DNA of 64,000 nt from Methanoregula sp. (GCA_026394605.1 JAPKXY010000024.1:6729-70728); one strand, 5' to 3'. Shown: positions 9,359 through 18,850, counted from the first letter of the stretch. The notes: generated from the letters alone by a model not told the origin. Translations and numbers: made by a program.

Positions 9359-10170
9359 GAGTAATCCTTGAGACAAAGGAACGGAAAAAACCCTTCCTCC
9401 CTATCGAAGCGGAAACCATCATCCCGAGCAATTTCCTCAAGGGTCCGGAGCTGACCGTCTATGAAGGGAACAAGGAGCGCCTCCTCTCCGACCTGTTTAC
9501 GATCGTTGTGGAAGGTACTGCGGTCTCGCCCGACAAGGTGGAGGTTGTCCTTAAGGGTGACACCGCCCGCATCAAGCGTGTCGGTGAGTACATGGCCACA
9601 GGAACAATCCGGATCCAAGGCGACATCGGCATGCACTGCGGGAATTTCATGAGTGGCGGTGTTATCGAGATCGGGGGCAACGCGGACGCGTGGCTCGGGC
9701 GCGAGATGCTGGGGGGCAGTATAATCTGCCACGGCAACGCTGGCCACTACTGTGCTTCCGGATACCGTGGCGAGAAACATGGGATGAGAGGCGGGCGCGT
9801 GGAGGTGATGGGCAATGCCGGTGATTTCTGTAGCGAATACCTGACCGGTGGCGAAGTTCATATCCACGGGAACTGCGGTGACATGGCAGGTGTGGAGATG
9901 AAGGGCGGGCAGCTCATTATCGAAGGTGATGCCACACGCCCATGCGGTAATATGAAAGACGGGATGTGCATGATCTTCGGCACCGTGCACCGGATACTGC
10001 CGACGTTTGAAAAGATTGATACTAAAAAGCTCCCTGATCGTAACGTTACGGTGACGGTGTACAAAGGGGACGTGGCGAACCGGGGGAAAGGTACGCTGAT
10101 GATACAAAAACCCCATAATGAGGGAGACCAACATCCCGCAAACACACTGCCGGGTCCTGCAACCACGTAG
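9355..10170 (+). CDS. fwdC: Formylmethanofuran dehydrogenase subunit C
   Basis: GTG at 9355 forms a GTGA overlap with the fwdA stop. The product has repeated G-x-x-G-x-x-(M/G)-x-G beta-helix motifs (GDIGMHCGNFMSGG, GNAGHYCASG, GNAGDFCSEYLTGG, GNCGDMAGVEMKGG). Confidence 0.85.
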   Translation: MRVILETKERKKPFLPIEAETIIPSNFLKGPELTVYEGNKERLLSDLFTIVVEGTAVSPDKVEVVLKGDTARIKRVGEYMATGTIRIQGDIGMHCGNFMSGGVIEIGGNADAWLGREMLGGSIICHGNAGHYCASGYRGEKHGMRGGRVEVMGNAGDFCSEYLTGGEVHIHGNCGDMAGVEMKGGQLIIEGDATRPCGNMKDGMCMIFGTVHRILPTFEKIDTKKLPDRNVTVTVYKGDVANRGKGTLMIQKPHNEGDQHPANTLPGPATT

Positions 10171-10450
10171 TTTTGGATGGTCAACGTCCCCCTGCCCCCA
10201 TGAGAAAGGCAGATATAAAAAAAATTCTACCGTTGGCGAAGGAGTCCGGCCCGGGAAAAATCCGGATATAACCTCAGGTAAAGAGATCAAAAGGATCCTC
10301 CTGGCACGTTCGTAAGCCCGGATTATTTTCTTTTTCCTCTGCCAAATTATGCCTCATACAGGTGGATGGAATTACCGGACGCTCATCACCTCCCAATGGT
10401 AATTTTTTGTCAAGCGGTCGGAACTGTTACAGGACTGGTCAACCGTTGAA

Positions 10451-10840
10451 TTATTTGAGCTCATCGATCTCATTGTCGATCCAGTGATGGATGACCAGTT
10501 TCATCTGTTTTATTGTGATGCCGGGCGCGTAGCGCACACGGATCTCCACCTCAAGGAGGTCAAGGATCGGTGTAACGGTGGTAAAATAGTCGTCGATGCA
10601 ATTCAGGCCCCCGGCTTTTTTAATGTGGAGCATGACAAGCTCGTTGAGGTGCTCAAACTCACCGGTGACCTCGACAATGGCCTCAAGGGTCATTGTTCCA
10701 TGTTCGCTGGTCAGGCATTCGTCGTTGGTAATCGCCTTGCCATCATCGTTTGCATTGATTGGAGGCTGCATGGCATCAGCACTGGTCGTAAGGTCCCCCG
10801 GCCTGTCATATGGCGTACGGTATCGTACAACTCCTGGCAT
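10451..10840 (-). CDS. Hypothetical protein
   Basis: 129-aa ORF with no recognisable motif. The true start may be the internal MTLEAIVEV. Confidence 0.35.
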   Translation of the reverse strand: MPGVVRYRTPYDRPGDLTTSADAMQPPINANDDGKAITNDECLTSEHGTMTLEAIVEVTGEFEHLNELVMLHIKKAGGLNCIDDYFTTVTPILDLLEVEIRVRYAPGITIKQMKLVIHHWIDNEIDELK

Positions 10841-10958
10841 GCAAACCGGAATTTATGGACACGTTAAAAAAACGATCTTCCGGTGTGGCATAAATAGGTG
10901 ATGACACCGCTGTCAGACCGGATTTATCGTATGGAAAATCAAAAAATATAAGGGGTTA

Positions 10959-11654
10959 TTATTTCCCCGATGTCTCTTTTGGTTTGGGCAGGAACGGGAC
11001 AAGCGCAGCAGCGATTTTTGCGATGTCCATGGACTGGAGCACGACCTTTCCCGGACCGGTGAGCGTGGTCACAAAGAGCCCTTCGCCGCCAAAAAGAATC
11101 GAGCTGATCCCTCCGGCGAGTGCGATGTCATAGGTAACCGTGCTTTCAAAACCCACCACGAGTCCGGTCTGCACTTTGACCATCTCGCTATTCTGCAGGG
11201 TGAGCTCTATAATATCCCCGCAGCAGTGGAGAAACGCGGTGCCGTTTCCGCTCATGTTCTGGAGGATGAAGCCCCCGCCTCCAAAGAGCCCGCTCCGGAT
11301 CTTCTTGGTAAACGCGATGTCCAGTACGATCCCCTCCTCACAGCACAGGAACGAATCGCGCTGGGCGATAAACTCCCGTCCATCAGAAAGACGGAGCGGA
11401 AAAATTTTCCCGGGAACATTTCCGGCAAACGAGACAAAGCCGGGCCTGTCTTCCGGAAAGAATCGTGTGAGAAACAAACTCTCTCCCGTCATCATACGTT
11501 TGATGCCGGCTACGATACCTCCTGTCAGGTTTGTCTCCATCTGCATATGCCCGCTCATGTTCACCATCGCACCCGCTTCTGCAAAGAGCCCTTCACCTGC
11601 CGCAAGTTCGACTTTTACCATCTGGAGGTTGTTGCCTATGATCTCATGTTTCAT
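10959..11654 (-). CDS. AIM24/TIGR00266-family protein (DUF124)
   Basis: 231-aa product whose pattern MKHEIIGNNLQMVKVEL..GE.L.AEAGAMV resembles this family. Confidence 0.65.
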   Translation of the reverse strand: MKHEIIGNNLQMVKVELAAGEGLFAEAGAMVNMSGHMQMETNLTGGIVAGIKRMMTGESLFLTRFFPEDRPGFVSFAGNVPGKIFPLRLSDGREFIAQRDSFLCCEEGIVLDIAFTKKIRSGLFGGGGFILQNMSGNGTAFLHCCGDIIELTLQNSEMVKVQTGLVVGFESTVTYDIALAGGISSILFGGEGLFVTTLTGPGKVVLQSMDIAKIAAALVPFLPKPKETSGK

Positions 11655-11707
11655 CGTTTGCGCCTGATCACAGGTGCAGCACAGAACTACAAATGCATTG
11701 TGTGAAG

Positions 11708-12967
11708 TCAGGTGCAGGAGGATGTGTTCATGGCATCCCGGTCATGATTTTTTTTAATAATACTCCGGGCGGCAAGCATACCGGTTGAGAACGCTGCTTG
11801 GAGGTTGTATCCCCCGGTATCGCCATCGACATCAAGCACTTCCCCGGCAAAAAAGAGGTTTTTAACTATACGGGATTCCATCGTTTTGGGATTTACTTCA
11901 TCAAGCGACACTCCTCCCCGCGTTACCATTGCAACAGAAAAGTCACCGGGTGCACCAACGGTTAACGGGAAACCGGAAAGATACAGGATAAGCCGCGATC
12001 TGAGGGAAGCTGACAGGTGTGCGCAGGTACAATCAGACGGGATGTTGGCGAGATCGAGTATTTTTCGCACGAGGCGTTGTGGAATATTATATGAAAATAA
12101 CACCGATTTAACCTGACGGCTTCCATGCGAGTGTATGCGTTCTGCGAATTTTTTGGCAAATTCATTACGGCGCTCGGAACCGATAAACGACAGCCGGATG
12201 ATATCGCCGGATCTGATACTACGCGAACAATCAAGAATGCCCGGTCCCGATAACCCCTGATGGGTGAATACTATATCCCCCGTCTTTTCGAACATCTTTG
12301 ATTCTCCCCGCCAGACGGAAAATTGCATCGCGGAAAATGACATCCCACAAAGATCCGCAAACGGGAATTCTGTGATGGAGAGCGGGGTGAGCGCCGGCGC
12401 TATTTCAGTGATGGCATGTCCCATACCGGCGGCCAACCGGTAGCCGTCCCCTGTCGATCCGGTTGCCGGGTATGACGTCCCTCCTGTGGCGATGACAAGG
12501 TACGTTGAACGGTACACAGCCCGGCCAGTCGTTATTTCAAAGGATTTGTTCGTACTGACAACTCCGGTGACTGGTTCACCTGTGTGGAGAGAAACCCCGC
12601 AATCATTGCAGATCAGAAGCAGGAGCGCAAGAACATCTGCTGACCGACGGGTTTTTAAAAAGACTTTCCCGTTCTCATCCGTCACCATGCAAAGACCGTG
12701 TTTTTTAAAAAATTGTATGAGATGCCGGTTGGGAAAATTACAAAGAGCCGGTTTTAAAAACATCCCGTGATCACCGTAATGGGAGAAAAAATTTTCAATC
12801 CCGCCATCATGGGTGATATTGCACTGCCCCAGACCGCTCAACAGGAGCTTGGCGCCCGGGGCATCCATCTTTTCCAAAAGGAGAACACGGCGACCAGAAG
12901 CGGCAGCATGGAGTGCACAAAAAAGTCCAGCTGGTCCTGCACCTATCACGGTCACGTCAAACTGCAT
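11708..12967 (-). CDS. FAD-dependent oxidoreductase, HI0933-like flavoprotein family
   Basis: Start chosen at MQFDVTVIGAGPAGLF, which carries a GxGxxG dinucleotide fold. The C-terminal FFAGEVLDVDGDTGGYNLQ is typical of the HI0933-like family. Confidence 0.75.
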   Translation of the reverse strand: MQFDVTVIGAGPAGLFCALHAAASGRRVLLLEKMDAPGAKLLLSGLGQCNITHDGGIENFFSHYGDHGMFLKPALCNFPNRHLIQFFKKHGLCMVTDENGKVFLKTRRSADVLALLLLICNDCGVSLHTGEPVTGVVSTNKSFEITTGRAVYRSTYLVIATGGTSYPATGSTGDGYRLAAGMGHAITEIAPALTPLSITEFPFADLCGMSFSAMQFSVWRGESKMFEKTGDIVFTHQGLSGPGILDCSRSIRSGDIIRLSFIGSERRNEFAKKFAERIHSHGSRQVKSVLFSYNIPQRLVRKILDLANIPSDCTCAHLSASLRSRLILYLSGFPLTVGAPGDFSVAMVTRGGVSLDEVNPKTMESRIVKNLFFAGEVLDVDGDTGGYNLQAAFSTGMLAARSIIKKNHDRDAMNTSSCT

Positions 12968-13186
12968 ATACAGGAAATGTTCACCGATCAATATACCGCA
13001 TTCCTCTTGAAGTACGGCATCCATGCTCCAGCCAATCATCCGCAATTCATGGCATCGGTTAAAACGGCGTTTTTTATCTTTACCCTCCTCTGCACGATCG
13101 GCATTGTTGCCTCATATGCACGGGGGACAATCCGCTGAACACTTTGTGCCGCAATCCTTATTTCTGCACGTTCACTACAACACCAT

Positions 13187-13336
13187 ATGCAGAAACATGC
13201 TTGCGGGTTTGAGGAGCATATTTTCTGCCGGCACTGCAAGATCCCTGTGGATTATGATGAATTTCGCGGGCTCTACTGTCCGAAATGCCGACGCCCAATC
13301 ACCATGATCTGTCCGCGGTGCGGGCAGCGGTGGTAA
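13187..13336 (+). CDS. Cys-rich zinc-ribbon miniprotein (49 aa), not in ORF track
   Basis: Hand translation gives MQKHACGFEEHIFCRHCKIPVDYDEFRGLYCPKCRRPITMICPRCGQRW. It has three CxxC pairs plus one further Cys, 7 Cys in total. Confidence 0.5.
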   Translation: MQKHACGFEEHIFCRHCKIPVDYDEFRGLYCPKCRRPITMICPRCGQRW

Positions 13337-13356
13337 AGAAAGTAAAAACAGTTTTT

Positions 13357-13629
13357 TTAGATTTTTTTCCGTACCCACATCGCGTATTGCCGGCGCAGGT
13401 CTTCCATTTCCTCAGGTGTCAGGTCCTTTCGTTTCATGGTGTGGAGATACTTGTCGAGCTGTCGCACAATGTGTTCTGCCTCCACATGGTCTTCGACCTC
13501 GAGATATGCGGGCACGCGGCTCACTTCGTATGCCTGCCCGCAGACGGGGCAGAGTTTCCAGCGCTGGTACCGGTCCACGTAGCTGAACGTCCGGCATCCG
13601 GGGCACCGGACAATGACGTACATAATCAA
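13357..13629 (-). CDS. Small zinc-ribbon protein (DUF1922-like)
   Basis: 90-aa product with RCPGC...CPVCG followed by a helical basic tail. Confidence 0.6.
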   Translation of the reverse strand: MIMYVIVRCPGCRTFSYVDRYQRWKLCPVCGQAYEVSRVPAYLEVEDHVEAEHIVRQLDKYLHTMKRKDLTPEEMEDLRRQYAMWVRKKI

Positions 13630-14156
13630 GTGGTAATCAGCAACATCATTATAAAAATCTATTTAAAAGCCTATATATAAATATATATTTTTTTATAATT
13701 ATTAATTATTCTTATTTTAATATTATTAATTCTCTCTCTTTTCTCTTTTCTAATTCCTCAAAAACCTCCTTGCTTCTTGAAGGAAGGGAAATTCCTTTGA
13801 AATATTTATCCTTTCGTTCTTGGTCTAATTTACCCATAGTCTCATCGGGATTTTATACATCCTGAAACCTTGGTAAAACATTTCTTACCTTCTCTCTTTT
13901 TCAGATATTTATTATGATAATAATTCATATACAAATATTAATATGATTCAGACAAATTCAAGATAAATATGAAGGAAAAAAAGTGTTCACGATAGTTCTC
14001 AACATTAATCGATCTTTAGAGTTTAATGGAGTATGATTTTATATATCAAAGGTAATCTTTGGTTTATCGCTTATAGCTTGGATCCTAATTTGTGAGCACA
14101 GCGCACCTATCGATACAATGTAGAATAAAGGACATAGTTCTGAATCGGGAACGTGA

Positions 14157-14366
14157 GTGATTAATATTGAAGGTAAGCTTTTGAATCGATATGATGTAAA
14201 TACTGTGCCATACTCTATTGAAGATAAATGGTATGTCGTGAAGGGAACTATGACTAAAATCAATAGCAAAGACAAACTCGTATTTATCGCTGCGTACCGT
14301 TACTCACCGAAAACAATGATTGAAAGATCACCAATTATCGGGATTAACAGCTCTGATGTGGGGTAA
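14157..14366 (+). CDS. Hypothetical small protein or gene fragment inside AT-rich island
   Basis: 69-aa ORF with a GTG start and beta-rich composition. There are no motifs and it may be a remnant. Confidence 0.2.
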   Translation: MINIEGKLLNRYDVNTVPYSIEDKWYVVKGTMTKINSKDKLVFIAAYRYSPKTMIERSPIIGINSSDVG

Positions 14367-14780
14367 TCAGCTGTATTTGAGATCAAATGGCTTGTGGACG
14401 ACATCTTATCATATACTGATCATATTCTGTTTACAGTCCCGTTGCGATATACATGCTTGACCCTCTCCATTTCATAACAGGATTCTTGACAAAAAAATTG
14501 TGATAGGAAAAAAGTGTAAATTAAATAATCTTTGATCAGAACATGTGGCGATAACTTTCACTGCTGGTATATGATTGAGTTTATTAATCGAATTTACTTT
14601 AAATTTTATTTTCATGTTTATAAAAACGATATTTGAAATTTGTATACCGTTCTTTTTCAGATTAATTGGAGAAAAGGATTCAAAATGTTGGTGTAAGAAA
14701 AACAAGCCGGCAATTTACAAGAAGTGGCATAAAAACACTTATAATAAAGCTTATCACATTTTGATAGGTGAGGTTATGTT

Positions 14781-15371
14781 ATGATAACTTCAAAAAAAGA
14801 TTTTTTTTTATATGTCGAAGCGGATCGAATAGCTCTCGGTATAAAAAAGAAAAAACCTTCAATCATTGGCGATGAGATTTGGAAATTTGAACGTTTATTG
14901 CGTAAGGTTGAATATTATCACAATTGTAGAAACTATTTTCCTTGGAATTTATATTTATTATATCTCAAATTCATACTTCATTATTATTCCGTTTATCTTG
15001 GATATACTATTCCGAAGAATACTTTTGGTTCTGGATTATCTATTGCACATATTGGTACGATAGTTGTCAGTTCTTATGCAAGGATTGGAGAAAATTGTAG
15101 AATTCATGCATGTGTCAATATAGGAACACAAGCAGGTTATGCGGATAAAGCTCCGAAAATTGGAAATAATGTCTATATTGGACCCGGGGTCAAAATTTTT
15201 GGCGATATTTCAATTGCCGACAATATAGCAATTGGTGCGAATGCCGTTGTTAATAAGACTTTTACTGAACGCGGAATAACTATCGCAGGAATTCCTGCAA
15301 AAAAAATTTCTGATAAAGGGTCTTTAGGGTTGATTATCAATGGAACTGATATTCTGAAAGATCTTTTTTAA
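14781..15371 (+). CDS. Hexapeptide-repeat (LbH) O-acetyltransferase, serine acetyltransferase/polysaccharide acetyltransferase-like
   Basis: 196-aa product with left-handed beta-helix repeats (IGENCRIHACVNIG, IGNNVYIGPGVKIFGDISIADNIAIGANAVV). Its AT-rich codon usage is unlike the neighbouring genes. Confidence 0.75.
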   Translation: MITSKKDFFLYVEADRIALGIKKKKPSIIGDEIWKFERLLRKVEYYHNCRNYFPWNLYLLYLKFILHYYSVYLGYTIPKNTFGSGLSIAHIGTIVVSSYARIGENCRIHACVNIGTQAGYADKAPKIGNNVYIGPGVKIFGDISIADNIAIGANAVVNKTFTERGITIAGIPAKKISDKGSLGLIINGTDILKDLF

Positions 15372-15429
15372 AATATCGGCTAAGGAACGAAACACCTTTA
15401 TCTGGCGTTCATCCGAATATGATCGTGCG

Positions 15430-16182
15430 ATGGATCAAATCACCGTGATCGGCGTCCGCGGGCTGCCCATTATCCACAAGGGCGATGATATCGTCGCCCT
15501 CATCTGCAAACAGCACCACCTCAAGGATGGGGACATTCTCTGCATTGCCTCGACAATTTACTCCAAATCAAAAGGGTATACTACCTCTCTTGCTTCGATC
15601 ACGCCGGGTGAACGGGCACAGCGACTTGCACACCTCAATGGCGAAGACCCCCGCTTTGTCCAGGCTGTGCTGGACGCATCTGCAGATGTCATCATGGAGC
15701 ACCCCTTTATCCTTTCCGAGCTTGCGTTCGGCCATATCGGCGTACGAGCCGGGGTCGACCAGAGCAATATAGAGGACGGAATGGTGATATTTCTCCCACC
15801 GGATCCCATGATGGCTGCAGATGATATGAGACGGGAGATCAAAACGATTTTTAGAAAGGATGTCGGGGTTATCATCACCGATACATGCGGGCGGTCATTC
15901 CGGCGCGGGCAGACAGGGAATGCAATCGGGTGGAGCGGGATGCAGGCAATCCGTGACTTCCGCGGCGATGTCGACCTGTTCGGGCATGTGCTTAAGATCA
16001 CCGAGGAAGCGGTTGTTGACGAGATCGCAGGGTTTGCAAACTTTGTCATGGGCGAGAGTAACAATGGCGTGCCTGCCGTCATCTTCCGCAACTGCCCGCG
16101 CTGGAGCGGCCATGATAACCTCTATTTTACAAAAGACGAGGACATCACGCGTAACCTGTTAAAAAAAGAGATGTGTCAGTAG
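15430..16182 (+). CDS. cofE: Coenzyme F420-0:L-glutamate ligase
   Basis: 250-aa product whose pattern (VIGVRGLPIIHKGDDI...ITDTCGRSFRRGQTG) matches the CofE family. Confidence 0.8.
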   Translation: MDQITVIGVRGLPIIHKGDDIVALICKQHHLKDGDILCIASTIYSKSKGYTTSLASITPGERAQRLAHLNGEDPRFVQAVLDASADVIMEHPFILSELAFGHIGVRAGVDQSNIEDGMVIFLPPDPMMAADDMRREIKTIFRKDVGVIITDTCGRSFRRGQTGNAIGWSGMQAIRDFRGDVDLFGHVLKITEEAVVDEIAGFANFVMGESNNGVPAVIFRNCPRWSGHDNLYFTKDEDITRNLLKKEMCQ

Positions 16183-16335
16183 ATGAGGTTGAGGATCAGA
16201 ATGAAAATACCGATAGCGGCAGCAACCGCCATCACAATCACCGGGCTGATGTGCACGGCACGCCGGTCCTCGCTGTCGTAATAATTCACGAGACCTGCCG
16301 ATGACATCAGCCGCCCGCCCTGTTTCTTTGCCATG
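16177..16335 (-). CDS. secG: Preprotein translocase subunit Sec61-beta (archaeal SecG), not in ORF track
   Basis: Hand translation gives MAKKQGGRLMSSAGLVNYYDSEDRRAVHISPVIVMAVAAAIGIFILILNLIY. This has the typical Sec61-beta N-terminal motif and a single C-terminal TM helix. Confidence 0.8.
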
Positions 16336-16383
16336 CATATCTATTTCCTTTTTTAAATATATAAAAGAGAGTCAGGAGTGCAC

Positions 16384-17421
16384 ATGGAACGCCCTGTGGT
16401 AATTACCGGTATTGCGCTGGTGGGCGAAGATTTTGAGCTCCAGCCGGTCAATATTATCATCGAGAAGGGTATTATCACGTCCATCGAAGAGATCGCACAG
16501 GCTCCTGATATCTGGATCTGCCCGGCGCTGTTCAATGCCCATACCCATCTTGGGGATACCGTAACAATGGACTGTGTTACCGGAGGAGATCTTGTCGAAC
16601 TCGTCACTCCGCCCCACGGGCTGAAGCACCGGCTCCTCGACGGCGCATCGCACGACGACCTTGTTGCCGGCATGCGCGCAAGTATCGGAGTAATGATCAG
16701 TCGCGGCACGGCAGGCTGTGCTGATTTCAGGGAAGGTGGTTCTGAAGGTGTAGCTGCACTGCGGCAGGCAGCCCGGGGACAAACCTTCAGATGTGTCATC
16801 TTCGGCCGGGATGGCGGTGAATACAATGGTGACGGGCTCGGCGTGAGCAGTACCCGCGATGTCCCGGAACTCGACCGGATCGTTGCCGATGCCAGACGGC
16901 AGAGCAAACCTGTTGCCTTCCATGCCGGTGAAAAAGATGCCGGTGATGTTGATGCAGCGCTTGCGTACGACCCCGATCTTATCATTCATGCAACCCATGC
17001 AACGGATGCCCAGCTGCGGGAATGCGCAGAACGTTCAATCCCGATTGTTGTCTGCCCGCGTTCCAACTGGACGTTCGGTACCACCTCCACTTCAGCCCAC
17101 CCGCCGATTTCAAGGATGATTGATCTGGGGTGCAGCGTGTTTCTGGGCACTGATAATGCGATGGTTGTCCAACCCGATCTGTTTGCTGAGATGGCGTTTG
17201 TCCACACAGTATATCGGATCCATCCTTCCAGTGTTCTGCGGATGGCAGTCGCCGGCTCTTCCCTGAGCGGTGACCTGTTTTTCATCCGGGAGGGCGCGCG
17301 CGCAAACCTTTTTTCGATAGACTCCCGTTTCTCGAATCTGCGCTTCTCAAAAAATCCTGTTGCAAGCATTGTAAAACGGGCGGTTTCCGGTAGTATCGGG
17401 ACAAACGTTTTTATTTCATAA
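16384..17421 (+). CDS. Amidohydrolase-family metal-dependent hydrolase (chlorohydrolase/deaminase-like)
   Basis: HxH motif FNAHTHLGD. The ATG at 16384 is preceded by AGGAG; the track starts at GTG 16378. Confidence 0.65.
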   Translation: MERPVVITGIALVGEDFELQPVNIIIEKGIITSIEEIAQAPDIWICPALFNAHTHLGDTVTMDCVTGGDLVELVTPPHGLKHRLLDGASHDDLVAGMRASIGVMISRGTAGCADFREGGSEGVAALRQAARGQTFRCVIFGRDGGEYNGDGLGVSSTRDVPELDRIVADARRQSKPVAFHAGEKDAGDVDAALAYDPDLIIHATHATDAQLRECAERSIPIVVCPRSNWTFGTTSTSAHPPISRMIDLGCSVFLGTDNAMVVQPDLFAEMAFVHTVYRIHPSSVLRMAVAGSSLSGDLFFIREGARANLFSIDSRFSNLRFSKNPVASIVKRAVSGSIGTNVFIS

Positions 17422-17441
17422 ATCCAAGTAAGAAGGCATGT

Positions 17442-17888
17442 TTGTTTTGGGTGGTGCCCGTGTTCTCTGATATTCTTGTCGCAATTGACGGCTCGAAGGC
17501 AAGTGAGCAGGCATTTGCCGCCGCTGTCGAGGAAGCAAGGCTTCATAATACAAAACTTCACGCTGTCTATGTTGTCGAAACCGGTCTCTTTTCCTCCCTT
17601 CCAACAGACAATACTGTTGAAATCATGTACCGTGCCCTTGAGAAAGAAGGTGATGATGTGCTCGCAAAATCCAAATCCGTAGCAGCAGAACGGGGGATCC
17701 CGCTGACCACGCACATAAAGCAGGGTCATGCCGGCAACGAGATTATCACGCTCGCAGACCGCCAGAAGGTTGACCTCATTATCGTCGGTTCACACGGCAA
17801 GGGCAAAGCAGACCGGCTCCTGTTAGGAAGCGTAAGCAATTATGTTGTCACTCACGGAACAATCACGACCATGGTGGTGAGATCATAA
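17442..17888 (+). CDS. Universal stress protein (UspA family)
   Basis: ILVAIDGS...LHAVYVV...IIVGSHGKG..LGSVS motifs. The real start is probably GTG at 17460. Confidence 0.8.
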   Translation: MFWVVPVFSDILVAIDGSKASEQAFAAAVEEARLHNTKLHAVYVVETGLFSSLPTDNTVEIMYRALEKEGDDVLAKSKSVAAERGIPLTTHIKQGHAGNEIITLADRQKVDLIIVGSHGKGKADRLLLGSVSNYVVTHGTITTMVVRS

Positions 17889-17911
17889 CGGATATTTTAG
17901 TAAAAGACTAT

Positions 17912-18739
17912 ATGACATCTGATGTTGTGCGCGTCGAGATTCCGGGTAACCGGGATGATGTCTTAAAAATACTCAAGCGCACGGGCATATCAGGCGTCCC
18001 TGTCATCAAGAACAAGAAGCTTGTCGGCATCATCACAAGAAAAGACCTGCTGCGAAAACCCGAGGAGACCCAGCTCGGGCTTTTAATGACGACAAAACCT
18101 GTCACGATCAGCTCAGACGCTGATGTACGAGAGGCAGCCCGCCTGCTCATCACTCATAAAATTCGCCGGCTCCCCGTTGTTGAGAACAGCAAGCTGGTCG
18201 GTCTGCTGTCGGTTGCCGACCTGATCCATGCCATCGCCCAGATGAAGATCACCGAGCAGATCAGGGATACGTATGTGAGCCAGACCTTTGCACTCTGGGA
18301 AGACACACCGCTTCCTCTTGTCGGGCGCGTAATGGAGATATCGGGTGTGGACTCAATTCCGATCCTTGATTCGGAGAGCCGACTGCAGGGCATCGTCTCG
18401 GAGCGGGATTTAATCCGGCACTCAATCATCGAGGACTCTGTGGGTGTGAGCGACTTTTCCAACGGCACGGATGATGACGAGTGGACGTGGGAGAGCATCC
18501 GTGACATGCACACCCTGAGCTACAGCATCTCGAAAGTGCAGTTGCCCGACCGCCCCGTTAAAACAATCATGATCAAAAATGTTGTAGCTGTTCCGCAGAA
18601 TGCGGAAGTGAGCGAGTGCGCCTTAAAGATGCGCAGGGCACGGGTTGATCAGCTTCCGGTAGTCAACGGGGATAAAAGGCTTGTTGCCATGCTCTATGAC
18701 CGCGAACTCATCCGTGTGCTCTGCAAAGAGTCAGAATAA
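17912..18739 (+). CDS. CBS-domain protein (four CBS repeats)
   Basis: 275-aa product with repeated CBS-type segments (GVPVI...LVGIITRKDLL and RRLPVVENSKLVGLLSVADL, among others). Confidence 0.8.
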   Translation: MTSDVVRVEIPGNRDDVLKILKRTGISGVPVIKNKKLVGIITRKDLLRKPEETQLGLLMTTKPVTISSDADVREAARLLITHKIRRLPVVENSKLVGLLSVADLIHAIAQMKITEQIRDTYVSQTFALWEDTPLPLVGRVMEISGVDSIPILDSESRLQGIVSERDLIRHSIIEDSVGVSDFSNGTDDDEWTWESIRDMHTLSYSISKVQLPDRPVKTIMIKNVVAVPQNAEVSECALKMRRARVDQLPVVNGDKRLVAMLYDRELIRVLCKESE

Positions 18740-18850
18740 CAACCTTTAAATTTCTTGATATCATCTTATTGATAAAGCGCTTTTAGATAATTTTCGGCGT
18801 TTATTAGTTTTTTGGGGTGTGTCAACGTGCCTGAACAGTATCAGGAGTCT

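Larger units (their letters stand above)
13640..15400. other. AT-rich (low G+C) island, probable horizontally acquired DNA
   Basis: Composition changes abruptly: long A/T runs and few G/C, judged by eye and not computed, against GC-rich flanks. The island holds one intact foreign-looking gene and about 1.1 kb with only short broken ORFs. Confidence 0.6.

Noticed and set aside
13632-14371. A 10-nt direct repeat, GGTAATCAGC, at 13632-13641 and 14362-14371. These could be insertion target-site duplications for part of the AT-rich island.
   Set aside because: A single 10-mer match within about 2 kb is roughly what chance predicts. No terminal inverted repeats or mobility gene lie between the copies.
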